This document shows positions 36,983-51,026 of a DNA stretch of 64,000 nt, one piece after another. The notes under the pieces were generated by a model. It did no database searches, was not told the DNA's origin, and saw only the letters and a list, made by a program, of their open reading frames with translations. Position 1 is the first letter of the stretch. Every line of letters begins with the position of its first letter. Source of the DNA: Octopus sinensis (taxonomy: Eukaryota); NCBI RefSeq assembly GCF_006345805.1, contig NC_042999.1:141422001-141486000 (forward strand), in the 5' to 3' direction. Position numbers and translations under genes: made by a program.

Positions 36983-37811
36983 GTAAGTACTTTCTATGTT
37001 TTTGTTATAGCAGTTGACTGCTGGTTTAGTTCAATTAGTAGTCATTAGAAATTTTCTAATTATTAGGTTGTTTAATTATCTTGTTTTTTACCTGGAATAC
37101 AAACTGTCCAATAGAGAACTAAGCTTCTCAATAAGAATGTATGCTGGACATCTTGCTCTTTAGCTGGTGACTTAAACCAAAACTTATAAAGAGTCCTTGC
37201 TTCAATAATTGGACTCAACATGTGTTAAGGAAGAGAAATAATACATCCAGAGCTTGAGCAGGTTGCTTTCCTTCTTTTACATTATGGAATAACAATTGTA
37301 TGTATTTTCTTTTATGTTATAGTTTGTTTTGATCTGCAATGCAGCCTCTCTCCATTTCTCAGATCTTGATTTTCTGTCATCTTATTTGTAAGGCTTAGTG
37401 TTCTAGGCAATGGTAATTCTTTAATTCTTTGCTTTTCACCTTTATTAATGAAATCTATTCTAATTGTCAGTGACATTAAAAACTGCTAACATTTTATACA
37501 GCAGCCTGCAGTGAAAGTTGTTGCTAAACATTCGAGGACTTGCTATGGTTTGGCCTCATTTTGTAAATTTTTGTTGGATAATTTATTTTAATGTACTTTT
37601 CTAGACTTATCTATTTAGGGTTTATATAAGTGAAAAGCACACCTAAAATTAGTTGAAATGAAGCATGAGGGAAGACAAACCTTGAATTCAAGGATGAAAC
37701 GTTAAGCTAATGGTGTTTTTAGAACTTAAATGAAATGATGTTGCTTCTCTTATTTTATTGATAAAATTTTTTACTTCAGAATTTACATAAATTTTTTGCT
37801 GTCTAAATCAG

Positions 37812-37945
37812 ATGATGTTGCTGGTTCCCCATCAGGTGATTATGGTCAAGAAATACCTCCACGGCGGTCAGATAAAATAGCTGGTCCACCTTTCATTCCT
37901 CCTCATTTACTGCAAGTAATTTTGAATAAAGATACTCCTGCCCAT
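37812..37945 (+). CDS. PRKAB1: AMPK beta coding exon 5
   Basis: ATCAG acceptor; (N)DVAGSPSGDYGQEIPPRRSDKIAGPPFIPPHLLQVILNKDTPAH; donor GTAAGT. Confidence 0.97.
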
Positions 37946-39554
37946 GTAAGTAACACTGTTTATTTCTTTGAGTTGTTTCAAAAGACTGAAGATGATGAAC
38001 TCTCACAACATTCTTTTATCAATTATTGATTTAGGGATATTAACCAATAAAGACAGCAAGGTGCTTGAAGCATTTGGATTTGAGGTTGTTATTTTCAGAT
38101 AAGTTTTCAATTGTAGGCTCCTTGACTGTAGCATAGAAAAGACAAAGAGAAAGAGCAACTGTGAGTCTAGCATGGAAAATGTTTAACAAAAGTTTCTTTA
38201 TAAAGTTGATATTCTTATGAATGTAGTCCAGATGATCGAATAAGTTTTGTGATATTGCATATTTGATGATTCAAAAATAAGGTATATTTAGTGTTTGTAG
38301 AGGTCATTACTGGAGTATTATTATGGAATTATATGGTTGTTGCTGGAGTAGTATTATCTGTAACAAGGCAGACCTACTCTTTGAGATATTAATGTTTGAA
38401 TTTGTATGACAGTAAATGCTATTGGGTTAAAAGCTATTATTTAATGCTATAGTTGTCTTGGAGAAAACTGTTTTTGCTGATTAAAGAAAAGGATAATTAG
38501 TGAAAGACATTTGATATGTAAAGTATAATCATTAGAATTGATGGAAACTAGTGTTGGTTTCCATTGACAGGTAAATAAAATAGAAACAAAATGAGGTATG
38601 ATAGTTGACTGTATCATAACTAATTTGTTTTTGTTTAACAAAGCAATAAATTTAATAAATAATTTTACAGTTTCAACTACAGCAATATACAAAAATCTAT
38701 CCATGGTACAATTTACTATGTATGCATGTATGTTTGTGGCTCTGCTCAGTTGGTGGTTGTAATATGTCTCTTACAAACGAAAAAAAGTCTGGCAGTTCAT
38801 CAGTTCATGTGATGTTGTGGAATAAAGTACTTTACATGAAAATGATTAAGGGCCATGATGAGAAAAGTCATCTGACTGTAAAGTATCACTTATATAATTT
38901 TTGTGTAGTCCAGTTTTGTGTCAGAAAAAAACCTAAAAATTGAACATGAGTGAGACCACTAACTAGGACTTGGCATTTGCTTAGAGGTTTGCAGAAATGG
39001 TTGCATTGTATATATTTTCCCAGGTCAATTGGTTCTGAAGAAGAGATTCTTAAATTTGCATACCATGCTTAGTTTATATTTTATCAGGTTAATGTTTGCC
39101 ATGGGGTACATTATTAGAAAGACACTGCATGCTCTATTTTGAAGTACATTGCAACCAAAAGCTTCAGATTTGAAATGATTTTGGTGTGTAGTCTTTATTT
39201 TGAATGCCAGGTTGCCATCACCTGATGTATAATTTTCTTTATATAGTTTATTTGGGAAAAATCAAACTAGTAGTCTCTGTTCAACTTATTACAAATAACC
39301 TGATTTGAATTCAGTGTTGTATATAATGAAGGACTTGTTATAGTTTTCTAGTTATTTGAATGTAACTATGGCCACTTTGTAGGACTGATGGTAGGATATG
39401 AACTGGCTTGTCATGCAGTTTAATAAATATTATTATATTCACTTGGGATCCTTCACATTCTGAAATTTCTATCAATAGACAAGCCAAGTTGCCTGTGGAA
39501 CCAATAATCACCTTAAGCATGCAGAATCACATGCAAACAAATAGAAAGTATGCA

Positions 39555-40470
39555 TCATCATCATTTAACGTCCAATGTCCATGCTGGCATGGGTTGGACA
39601 GTTTGGGCTGGCACACTGAAAGGCTGCGCCAGACTTCAGTCTGATTTGGCATGGTTTTCTATGGCTGGATGCCATGGTATCTGCCATGACTGCGATTTTG
39701 CTCAGCTTGAGGGGGTCTTCTTCTCCAGCATGACATAATGCCAAAGGTCTTGATCATTGCCCTTATGAGATCCAACACTTGAAAGGAACTCAGCCACTTC
39801 GCCTCTGTGAAGCCAAATGCTCAAAAGGAACTCAACTACCTTGCCTCCGTGAGGTTCAACACTCAAAAGGAACTCAGCCATTTTACCTCTTTGAGGCCGA
39901 ATGCTCGAGAGGAACTCAGCCACTTCGCTTCTGTGAGGCCGAATGCTCGAGAGGAAGTCAGCCACTTTGTCTCTATGAGGCCCAACATTCAAAAGATTTT
40001 TTTACGTGCATCAGCATGGGTGAACTTGGCTTGATATGTCTTCTCAAGCATAGCACATTGCCAAAGTTCTTGGTCATCAGTCATTGTTTGAAGATCATGC
40101 TTCACCACTTCATTCCATGTTTTCCTGGGTCTACCTCTACCACAGGTTCCCCTCACAGTTAGAGATTTGCACTTCTTTATACAGCCGTCCTCATCTATAC
40201 ACATCACATGACCATACCAGTGCAGTTGTCTCTTTTGCACATCACATCTGATTCCTCTTATGCTTAACTTTTCTCTCAAGATGCTTGCACTTTGTTGAAC
40301 ATGCACACTGACATTGCACATCCCGTGAAGCATACTGGCTTCATTTCTTTCAAGCCTACTCATGTCCTCGACTGTCATAGCCCATGTTTCACTGCCTTAT
40401 AGCATAGCTGTTTGCACACAGGCATCAAACAATCTGCCTTTCAATCTGAGAGAGAGGCCCTTTGTTGCCA
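39555..40470 (-). mobile_element. RTE 3' fragment with 42-bp minisatellite (5 full units plus a partial, 39766-39995)
   Basis: MTVEDMSRLERNEASMLHGMCNV...WYGHVMCIDEDGCIKKC...GRGRPRKTWNEVVKHDL; shared tail. Confidence 0.9.
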
Positions 40471-40697
40471 GCAGGGGTTATTTACAATCAATGATGTATT
40501 TACAATATATAATATCCATTATATACAATATGTTTAGTAATTGTGTCATACCTTTTTATAATGCAAATATCTTTATGGGACTGCTGACCATTTATTCGAT
40601 GTTCCAAAACCCTATTATTGAGTGCTGTCAGCAACAAATAAATTAATATCAGTTAGTTTATTTGACATTATTGTATTTTCCTTTCCTTTCTTTACAG

Positions 40698-40766
40698 TGT
40701 GAACCAATACTTTTACCTGAGCCCAACCATGTTATGCTAAATCATTTGTACGCTTTATCAATTAAG
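40698..40766 (+). CDS. PRKAB1: AMPK beta coding exon 6
   Basis: TTTACAG acceptor; CEPILLPEPNHVMLNHLYALSIK; donor AAG|GTAAAT. Confidence 0.98.
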
Positions 40767-41424
40767 GTAAATTTTTAAAAGCATTTTAATCCTTTTGTTT
40801 TAATTAATTTGCAACATCAACTTTTTAAGTAACAGTTCAGAACCTCAGCATAATTCCGCCACTTGTTTTTGGAACTTCCATGTCTGTGTGTCAGGCTGTG
40901 GCACTGCTAAAGATTTTATCTACTTAGAATGAATTCAGGTTTATGAGTAGAATAAAAAACAAAAAACAAACTTTATTTTGTTTGCAAGAGAAGTGGCCAA
41001 AGGTAAGAAGTGAGCCCATCATGCTTATTGTAGCACCTATTTGGGATGTTTAAGATGGTCGATACATGACCACTGTAAGTGTATTCCTTTTGCAATACAT
41101 ATGATATGGTGAGAACCAAAATGTCATAGAAATAATTCCTATTTTCATATGACTGAAAATTTTTAAGCAGAAGAACTCTGCCATATTTGTACCTATTTGA
41201 AAAGGATAAGGAATTTAAACTAACAAATAACTTGTCAGAGTTGTTAGTTATAAAGCAATTCTAATTCCTGGAAGTTGAGCACTTGTAAACTTTTCCTGTG
41301 TAACACATTAGGTAACCAATTTCAATTTAACAAGCCCTTGAAATCAGGAAGAAAAGGGGTTTTTTAGTTCTGGTAAAAACTTTCAAGTTGAAAATCTTTC
41401 TGATTAGAGCAATTTAATTATAAT

Positions 41425-42065
41425 CAGCGTTTAATGTCCGTTTTCCATGCTAGCATGGGTTGGACTGTTTGACAGGGGTCTGGGAAGCCAGGAGGCTGCA
41501 CCAGGCTCCAGTCACATCTTGCAGTGTTTCTACAGCTGGATGCCTTTCCTAATGCCAACCACTCTGAGTGTAATGGGTGTTTTTTTACATGTTACCGGCA
41601 CAGGGGTTAGAGGAGGCTGGCAATGGCCACGACCAGTTGGTGCTTTTTATGTGCCACTGGTATGGAAGCCAGTCAAGGCGATGCTGGTATTGTCCACGTT
41701 CAGATGGCGCTTTTTACGTGCCATTGGCACGGGTATCACAACCACAATTTTCATTTTGATGTTGATGTACTTGACTCAATCGGTCTCCTCAAGCACAGCA
41801 TGTCACCCTATGATCCAAGGTACTTTTGAAGGGGCTGGTTATGTGAAACTGGTGTAGGATACAGCTATGAACTAACTTTATTTGCCGGGTCTTCGCAGTC
41901 ACAGCATATCTCCAGAGGTCTCGGTCTTTCGTCATTGCCTCTGTGAGGCCCAATGTTTGAAGGTCATACTTGTCCACCTCATCCCATGTCTTGCTTGGTC
42001 TACCTCTACCCTGGATTTCTTCAACTGTTTGGGAGTGGCACTTCTTCACACATCTCTCCTCATCC
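41425..42065 (-). mobile_element. RTE 3' fragment
   Basis: WMDEERCVKKCHSQTVEEIQGRGRPSKTWDEVDKYDLQTLGLTEAMTKDRDLWRYAV; tail at 41425-41760. Confidence 0.9.
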
Positions 42066-42166
42066 ATCCATACATTCAAATAATTGTAATCTAGACACAT
42101 TTATATAAATTTTCTTATATATTGAATACATTGACTTCTCATCTGGTTTTCTGTTTCTATTTTCAG

Positions 42167-42244
42167 GATGGTGTAATGGTTCTTAGCACTACCCACCGGT
42201 TTCGTAAGAAGTATGTGACTACATTGCTGTACAAGCCAATCTAA
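42167..42244 (+). CDS. PRKAB1: AMPK beta coding exon 7 (last)
   Basis: TTTTCAG acceptor; DGVMVLSTTHRFRKKYVTTLLYKPI* with TAA at 42242-42244. Confidence 0.98.
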   Translation, partial: DGVMVLSTTHRFRKKYVTTLLYKPI

Positions 42245-42300
42245 GAATGCGTGTGCATATGTACATAGACTTGCTTTGTGTGTGTGCATGTATATATGGA

Positions 42301-42342
<42 letters not shown>

Positions 42343-44959
42343 AGAAAACATTTAGGTATAAGTGTATACTTAATATTTAAACTGATTTCACTGTGACTGA
42401 CAAAATCACCAAAGAAACTCGAACTTTGTTTTGCCTAATGCAATCATTAAGTATACATTTGTATAGTTGTCTGTTTTTTGACAGTTATCCTATACAATAA
42501 TGGTAATTTGTCAATTGAAAAATTTAATTAAAAGTTTACCTTTTTCTAATGTATAAAAAAATACTTTCAAGTCCATCAGTAGAAAACAAAAGCATCAGGT
42601 TTTGGTTTACACAAGTGATATTTTCCCATTATTGCTTATGAAATGGTCATAGTTTATCAGTTCTTTTAAGGCCATTACTCTTAGCTAATAACAAATATTT
42701 TAGTATATACATTGCTGGTACTCATTGTTAACATTTATATAATCATTTTTTATGAGTATAATTTTACATAGGATTTTATTTATTTTTGAAAATTCAGTGA
42801 ATTTCAAAATTATTTGTAGTGTAAAAGATGAATGAAAAACGATGGCTAGGAATGAAATAGTGAAAAACCAAAGAAAAAAAGAAAGTGGGTATTTAATTGG
42901 TCCCAATTCATGGGATATATACACACACACACATACAAGTTTTAAAGTAGTTTAGCAGTTAAGTGACCAGCTCTTGTGAATTATGGAAAATAGTTTATCT
43001 GTGAAAACAAATTCAGATTAATGAGACAACAATGGTATATGTATGACATGACTAATTTCTCAACTAATCTCAACCACAGTCTTGCTTTGTTTTTTTTAAT
43101 CCTCTAGACTTGCCTCTTAGAGAATTTTACCATTGCATAAACTCTTACTCAGGCATATTTGTGTTAAAATCTACTGATCTTCCTCCCTCTCCAAATAGTG
43201 AAATTGAAGTATCTTCTTACCTGCTTGTCTTTTCAAATCTTTTGACTGGAGATCTAATGTAAATATCTTTTCCCATTCTTCTATAATAATTTTAACTAAA
43301 GTTACTCCACCTCTCTTTATGAAACATTCATTATGTAAAATTCATTTATATATTTCACAAACTGGATATTTGCATTTAAACTCAATGCAAGATTTTGATG
43401 TTGTGAACTACTTTCATCAAACATTAACATGATGTAGATATGCATGGCTATGTGGTGAAGAAGTTTGCTTTGCAAACCACATAGCTTTGGGTTCAATCCG
43501 ACTGTGCAACACCTTGGGCAAGTGTCATCTACCATAGCTCAGATTGACCAAATATGTGTATGTGTAAATGAATATTTGTGTATGTATGTTGGGCATGTAT
43601 GTGTTTGTGTCTCTCTCTCATCAGTTTGTATAGATATATATATCTGTGTGTGTGTGTGTGTGTGTCTGCGTGTGTGTGTATATATATATGTATAGGCGAG
43701 AAATCTGTAAAACAGGTGCTTTATGAACAATGTCCCTTGAGATATTTGTTCTGCATCAAGTTAGACACTCTCTTGTCACTCATTATCAGAAATGCAATGA
43801 ACAGTGATTGGCCCATTAGAAACTTGTTAATCAATGAGACTATTGTTCACAAATTGCTACATAAAATAAATTCAAACAAATAATTATCATGCTGCTTGCT
43901 CTCTTTCCCTTCTCCTTATTCCCCTGCCCCCACCTACTTTTTCATTCAAATAAAATAGTGAATTTGTTTTTTCATTCTCTGACTAGAGAGATGCTCATCA
44001 TTTTAAATATTGTTTTTAATTTTCTTTTTTCTTTTCTATGATAAACCCATTGAAATACTTTAGTCTTATCATAAAGTGCCTTTTCTTCCCTGGACCCTCC
44101 CCCCACCTTCCCAAAAAAATGGATGAAACTTTTTCATTGGACTCTTGGGCCTAATGATAGCATTAATATGAGTGTTTCAATGAAATGTTTTAATTAAAAA
44201 CACCGTTAACTTTTATCTGCTCTCTCCCTTTTCTCCTTCCCAGTTTGTTGTAATTAAAACCTCGTTGTTTTCTCCATTCAAATAATTTGTTGTTGTAATT
44301 ATTTTAAGTTTTTGATTCATAATTCAACTGATTTTAAATTTACATTTTGAGTAAAATTTTATCCCTACCCACTCCTTAGACCTAGCAGTCACAAAGCAGA
44401 TACTATAGTTGCTTTAATAAATTTGTTTAAATTTTTTTTTTTTTAAAGGTAGCTTGAGCAAGTTTTAATAGCTCCTTGAAGCTGTTTATATAATTTAGTT
44501 TCAAACATTTCACTACACTTGTTTTATTTAATGATATTGTTCCCATAAAACAAAGGCTAATAATCGCTGAATTGTTTAGCGAGCAACTTAAATTAGAATA
44601 TACTCTTGTATAAATTTGCAGCCATGCATCCTCATCCTTATCATCATCATTCTAATGTTCACTTTTCCAAACTTGTATGGGTCAGATAGAATTTGAGGCA
44701 GCTTGTCTATGGCTGGATGTCCTTGTCATCAGCCCTCTCTTGTTTCCAAACTAAGTAATACTTCCCCATAATTAGACATGTTTTCATAAAAGATTAGAAA
44801 CAAATGGCGCCATTTGTATGACAATGGAACTCACAAATATCATGTAATCTCAATACAGAGGCGTGCACACACACACATTATATATCATCATCATCGTTTA
44901 GCGTCCGTTTTCCCTGCTAGCATGGGTTGGACGGTTATATATATATATACACACACACA

Positions 44960-45302
44960 CACCAGGACTACCTGACAAGATCCCGTGTTGGTGGCACGTA
45001 AAAAGCACCATCCGAACATGGCTGATGCCAGTATCCCCTTACTGGCTCCCATGCAGGTGGTATGTAAAAAGCACTATCCGAATGTGATCGATGCCAGGGT
45101 TGCCTAACTGGCTCCTGTGTTGGTAGCATGTAAAAAGCACCCACTACACTCTGAGTGGTTGACGTTAGGAAGGGCATCCAGCTGTAGAAACATTGCCAGA
45201 TCTGATTGGAGCCTGGTGTAGCTGCTGGCTTGCCAGACCTCAGTCAAACTGTCCAACCCATGCCAGCATGGAAAACTGATGTTAAACTATGGTGATGATG
45301 AT
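44960..45302 (+). mobile_element. RTE-tail/SINE-like copy, preceded by an inverted tail fragment at 44884-44936
   Basis: Shared tail motifs and (GAT)n; the upstream fragment is the reverse complement of the same tail. Confidence 0.82.
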
Positions 45303-46886
45303 CCATTAAGGTAAGATCAACAAAAAAATCACTCTATTCAGTGAGAGATAAACCTCATGTGCCTGAGGATTGCTTGAAGATAAGGCATGTTATAAAAACC
45401 TGCCTAGCCACATGCCTTCACAGCAAGAAACTATTAGTAGCTCTTATCTTTATACAGTGTACATTAAATGATATATAATGATGGGCTTCTTTCAGTTTCC
45501 CCTCTATTAAATCCACTCACAATACTGGTTGGCTTGGGACTATATTAGAAGACACTTGCCCAAGGTGCCAAGCAGTGGGACTGAACCTGAAACCACATGG
45601 ATATGAAATTAACTTCTTCACTATATTGACCATGATCACATCACGCCCATAAGTTAAATCAGAATTTCTAAAGGCATCAAGTTAAAGAAATAGTAGCCAG
45701 CCTCTGTTCTAACCTTCTGCTGGTACCAAACTTTTCTTCAACTTGCTTGAGAGGTCTATAAAACTGGAAAAGATAATATACAGGAGTAAATTAATCAACT
45801 ATACCTCTCTTAAAAACAATTGATCTTCAATATACTGAAATTTTAATTTGTTGCTTGTTGCCATCTATTTAATGACTCTGCCAGATTTCCTTGTTTTTGT
45901 TCAATGGTCCATGGAATTTTTGTATTTGTTGTGGGATTTGTACACTTTGTGACATCTGAACCTGCAGTCTTAGATTCCTGAATAATGCTCATTTCATTTC
46001 AGAGTCAAGTTAGCTCCATTACGCTTTCGAATATTTACCTAACAACAAATTTGCACACAAAATTTAAATCTAATTTACAGATGTTGAGACACCATTTAAT
46101 CCTAAGTAATGAATGAACAGTGTTAGTCAGGCAGCCATATATGATAGTAATTTTTTAAAACTGCTACGGCATTAGCATTGACAATATAAGACTTGCTGGT
46201 AAAATCTTTACCTACCATGACTGTAGAATGCTTGTTCTTTCATTATTTTCTTTATTTTTTTATAACTTTTACAGGGAGATGTATATTTTAGATTGTCTGT
46301 AAATCAAAATTGTGTCATGAAAGTACTTCTTTAAAACTTTTTCCATTTTAATATCTGTTAGTCTGATAAAGCCATACTCATGGGAGCTTTTGAACTGGTA
46401 TGGCTCATTAATGATAAAATATCATACAATACTTTCATTTCAGTGATCATATACGTGTGTGTGTATGTATATATATATATATAAAATTAAAATATCATTT
46501 AACATTCACTTTTCCATGCTTGCATGGGTCTGATGGAATTTGTTGAGATTGATTTTCTACAATCAACTGCCCTTCCTCTGTCACCCACCTTCACTTGTTT
46601 CCAAGCAAGGTAATATTTCCCCATGGTCAGTCTTTTTCATGGAAGACTGGAAATGATGATGCTCATTTACAACCATTTTGTGATCTCTAGACACACATAC
46701 ATTGTAGTCGTGGCCAGTGCCAGTGACACATAAAAGGCACTCTTGGAATGGTTGGTATTAGGAAGGGTATCCAACTGTAGAAACCAAGCCAAATTAGACT
46801 GGAGCCTGGTACAGCTCTCTGGCTTATCAGTCCCAGTCAAACCGTCTATCCCATGCCATCATAGAAAACGGATGCTAAATGAGATA

Positions 46887-46923
<37 letters not shown>

Positions 46924-49619
46924 CAGTTTCTGTCTACCATATCCACTTACAAGACTTTGGTTGGCCTGGAGCTATTGAAGACACTTGTCCAAGATCCTTC
47001 TCAGCCACATATCTACACACACACACATGTATATGAATAAATAAAATTATGGTTAGCATTTTTATATTCACATTTATCATGCTAGTATTGGTTGGATGAG
47101 ACCTATTGAGTAGTGTTCTAATCTTAACTTCTGCATAAAGCCTTTGACATCTCTTATGCCATATATCAAACAAGTTACCATAAGGATCTTCACTGCCTTC
47201 AGCCAGACGATGAAAGGTGGCTAAAATTTACAGGCCACTGTTTTTGTTGAACAGGTCAACCTATCATTGCTTTTTTTTTTTCTATAACCCTGTGGTCAGG
47301 CCCACGTGACATATATCCATGAATTTATGTAGGACACAGGACTGTACACAGTCTCAGTACACACACAATGTCATCTTGCACAACCTGGAGGGAAATTTGC
47401 TTTTGTTGGAGTCATCATTCACAAGTGATATGGCATAGACTAAACAAAATATTCTAAAATACTTTTTATTCTGTTGGTTTATGCATGTTGAATCTACCAA
47501 GCTGCAGGTCATTTTGTTTACAGGACTCATGAACATCATTACTGTTCAAGTAATGTGAATATGATAGTATGCAGAGACAAACATATGCATTATTTCTGTC
47601 TTTCCCATCATACTGGTATACGTTAAATGTGACTTCTTGTGGTAGTCTTAATTTGACTTGCCAATGTTCAGTGATGGACAAGAACAAAAATGGTTTTCAG
47701 CATGTGTGTGGCTGGCTTTCATACAATTTTCTTCTATCAAATTTCACTCAAGTTAAGTCTATCTAAACCCCAAACCACTTGATAAAGTTTGATCTTAACC
47801 ACTCAATCATGCCTGGATGTGTATGAACACATGTAGAAATGATTAATTGTCACAAGATAGATAAGAACTACAAACGCTAAATGATATTCTTGTATTTACT
47901 TTCAATTTTGTCTATGAAATAACTGTTAGACAGCCAGAGGGACTACAAATGCCTTCTGTTTGTAGGAATGACTATCTCACTATCTTGAAATTGGAAGGCC
48001 ATGATACTTATGAAACTAAGACATTCTGATTTTGTTAAGTTTGACATGATTGTATTTACTTATTTTATTAAAGTTTTTTTCTTGAAGTTGACAATAAGCT
48101 TTCGTATCTTGGAATTTAAGTATTTACTTTGACATATTTATAAATTACTGTTTGCAATGAAATAGAGCTATGAATGCTTAGTGGCTGGGAGAAAAAATTC
48201 CCATAAGGCTTTCTGAATTTGCTTCCTTGACTACTGAACTATACTGGATAACCATGATCAGTCTTATTTTTGACACATGCTTATTCTGTTCCTCTCACAT
48301 ATACATGATATATGCCTTTTCTTACATAACCTTCCTCCTCTTGGTAACTAAACCATGCAGTTGTGCTATAGTTATATTCTCAGGTGCTATGCATATTCTA
48401 TGTCCCTTTTCTCTTGTTGTATCCTTTCTATTTCTCTCTACTTATCCCTGTCCTCTTGACTTCATCTCATGTCTTGCTAACTTACAGTTATTCTTGGTCA
48501 GCATATATACCCCTTATTACATTTTCTCTTTTCTCCATATATCCCTTCACTCGCTGATATTCTTTATCATACATTCCCTCTGTTATCTCCTTACATATCT
48601 TTCTCTTATAGGACTCCTGTGTATCCCTTTCTCAGCTTTAATATACAGTTTTGCCTAACAATGTTAAGTATTGTAGGCTGTAATTGAAAGTCTTTACTGG
48701 GAAGACATGGATTTCTCAAGCTGCAATAAAGGTAACCCATCCAGGAAAGCAGTACCTCAAAACTGACTTGTTGATAAAACACAACCATTCTATGTTTTGA
48801 AGTGGTTTTAATGAGGGTAACTAGCTAACAAAATAATGCTAAAATCATGAAAATATCTAATTCAATTAAAATCCTGATTGCATATACAAGACTAACTCTA
48901 TACTAGTGTTGTGAATGTTTAGTGAGGTTAGGTGGCAACCTGGCCAAGAATGCCTTGACCATCATCAAAATTGTATATATTCTTTCAGGTGTAGAAAACA
49001 AACTTCAAATGCTTTTCTTATTGGGTAAAAGAGAAAAAAACCCCTCAGTACTGCAACTGTCATTGTGGATACATTGAAAGGTAGATATAGAGATACTAGA
49101 ACAGAGGTAGGTAGATGTGTGCTACATGCGAAAGGTGAGATGGAGGGGAGCAGAACTCATCGAGCAAAGAATATCCACTTTTCCATTCTTGCATGGGTGA
49201 GACAGAATTTCAAGCAGAGTTTCTACAGTAACATGCCTTTCCTAATTACTAGACATGTTTTTCATAGAAGACTAGAAATGAATAAACACTGCTTGTGTGA
49301 TGTTCTTGAGACAAGAGTACAAACAAACACACATATGCATGCTCACCAGTAAAAGATATTTGCCCAAAGTGCCATGCAGTGAGACTGAACTAATATGGTT
49401 AGGAAGCAAGCTTCTTGATCACACAACCATATCTTTACTTTGTACAAATTCTTCTAAGTAGACAACAATACTTAGTTAAGTAGCATAGGTATACTGATGA
49501 CTGAAAAATTAAAAGCAATGGAAGAAATGGGGTAATGTAAAATATTTAAAATAAGTGTTGGTAAAGCATCAGCAAGAACAGTTGTCACTGATTATGTATG
49601 ACAGTTTTTATGAGAACTT

Positions 49620-50390
49620 CCATTGAACCAATTTGATAACGACAGGATTGTCTTGTCTGAATTCAATGGGTAGGTTGGGCAACACCATGATGGTAGCTAT
49701 GGATATGGTTTGAGAAATGAGACGGAGCTGAGGTTTCTAGAGTTATGTAATGCAAACAGTCTAACACAAACTTCAGAAAAACCAACCAGTCACTCGGTCA
49801 CTTTCCAATCAGGTGAAGGTTTGTCTTGTAGGTTTCATTCTACCCAGGAAACATGATTGTTGGCTGTAAATATTTTTCATTCTGTGAATAGTGTAACACT
49901 CAGTACCAATGATTAGTGACCTCAGGATAAGTGCTGGTTGGACTGAGAAAGAGAGCATAGAAATTGAAACAAGTTTCTTATAAACACAGGTCGAGAGAAA
50001 TTCTAGGTGATGTATAAGGAAATGGAGGTTCTACGAGATAACCTGTTGAAAGCTACAAATTAAATTTGTGACTGGAGCAAGGTTCAAACCTGACTAAGGT
50101 AATGTGGTGTCTAAATATCAATGTAGATCCTTAAAAGATAAAAGGCAGGCCTGAAAAGAACAATAATGTGACAGTAAAGAACAATATCAAATTGTTAAAA
50201 GAGAAGCTTTACAAATTGGGAAAGGTTGCATAGTGGGAAAGAAAAGGCAAGAGCTGTGCATAAGAGTGGGAGATAATTTGGTGGGTAACAAATGTAAAGT
50301 GTGAGTGTAGATAATAGTGTAAATGGATGACAGATTGATAAGTGGAATAGTTTTAGGGATTAAGAAAAAGAAGTGGTTTCAAGTAAGAGC
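49620..50390 (+). mobile_element. Degenerate RTE endonuclease-region fragment
   Basis: EFNG*VGQHHDGSYGYGLRNETELRFLELCNANSL..NFRKPTSHSVTFQS pattern. Confidence 0.7.
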
Positions 50391-51020
50391 AGTAGTTAGA
50401 GAAATAGATTATAGCAGAACTGGACTTGAGCACTTCCTTGGCTATTGTCATTAAGATGGCAGGCAAAATGCTTAGTAACATTTTGTCTGTCTTTATGTTC
50501 TGAGTTCAAATTAAGCCAAAGTTGACTTTGCCTTTCCTCCTTCCAGGGTCAATAAAATAAGTACCAGATCATCATCATCATCCAATGTCCACTTTTTCCA
50601 TACTTGCATGGCAAGCATATGTCAAAAACAGAGTAGATGGTTCCTTTTATAACTCTTAATTTTCATTAATTTCAAAAATAATGAAGAATATAATAAAATA
50701 ACTTCATCATTACTAAGTTAATGTATGGAAATTTTCATCTGGATGACTTTAAAACAGGAAATTTGTACCAGATAACCAAGGGGGTTCTCAGTCGGTTTTA
50801 TCCATTTTGATACTAACCTAAGAAAATAAGCAATTGACTGACTGTACAACTTTGCAGGCTCTGTGTGAGAAGGCTCATGGTAGAGTTTATCAATTAAGAA
50901 CTTTCATTATCATGCATTTTTATTTGTAGAATTGTTCATAAATATGATCTGAGTACAAAATTCATAAAAGAAATACTTCAACAAATTATAGAAGAAAAAT
51001 ACAAAAAATATTTTATCCCT

Positions 51021-51026
51021 TTTATT
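51021..51026 (-). promoter_or_regulatory. Candidate PRDX5 polyadenylation signal (AATAAA on minus strand)
   Basis: TTTATT on the + strand about 217 nt past the stop; a second one at 50919-50924. Motif only. Confidence 0.35.

Larger units (their letters stand above)
5265..42244 (+). other. PRKAB1: AMPK beta subunit gene, 7 coding exons (120+188+94+118+134+69+78 = 801 nt, 266 aa); co-ortholog of vertebrate PRKAB1/PRKAB2
   Basis: Hand-spliced through six GT-AG introns with consistent phases (0,2,0,1,0,0): MGNTTS...PTVFRWEG...SGSFNNW...LPEGEHQYKFYVDGQW...PPHLLQVILNKDT...LPEPNHVMLNHLYALSIKDGVMVLSTTHRFRKKYVTTLLYKPI*. Contains the N-myristoylation start, carbohydrate-binding module and ASC domain of AMPK beta. 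Confidence 0.97.

Noticed and set aside
39766-39995. 42-bp repeat array as CRISPR
   Set aside because: Head-to-tail units with no spacers, inside a eukaryotic LINE, and no cas genes.
47050-47221. Exon-like minus-strand frame TFHRLAEGSEDPYGNLFDIWHKRC, with a possible partner acceptor near 46040
   Set aside because: It first looked like the end of the minus-strand gene, but PRDX5 terminates at 51243 with a complete C-terminus; no family recognised and the acceptor is weak.
48227-48658. 143-aa hydrophobic ORF as a membrane protein
   Set aside because: Product of a CT-rich strand, probably decayed retroelement sequence; non-ATG start, no motifs or splice context.
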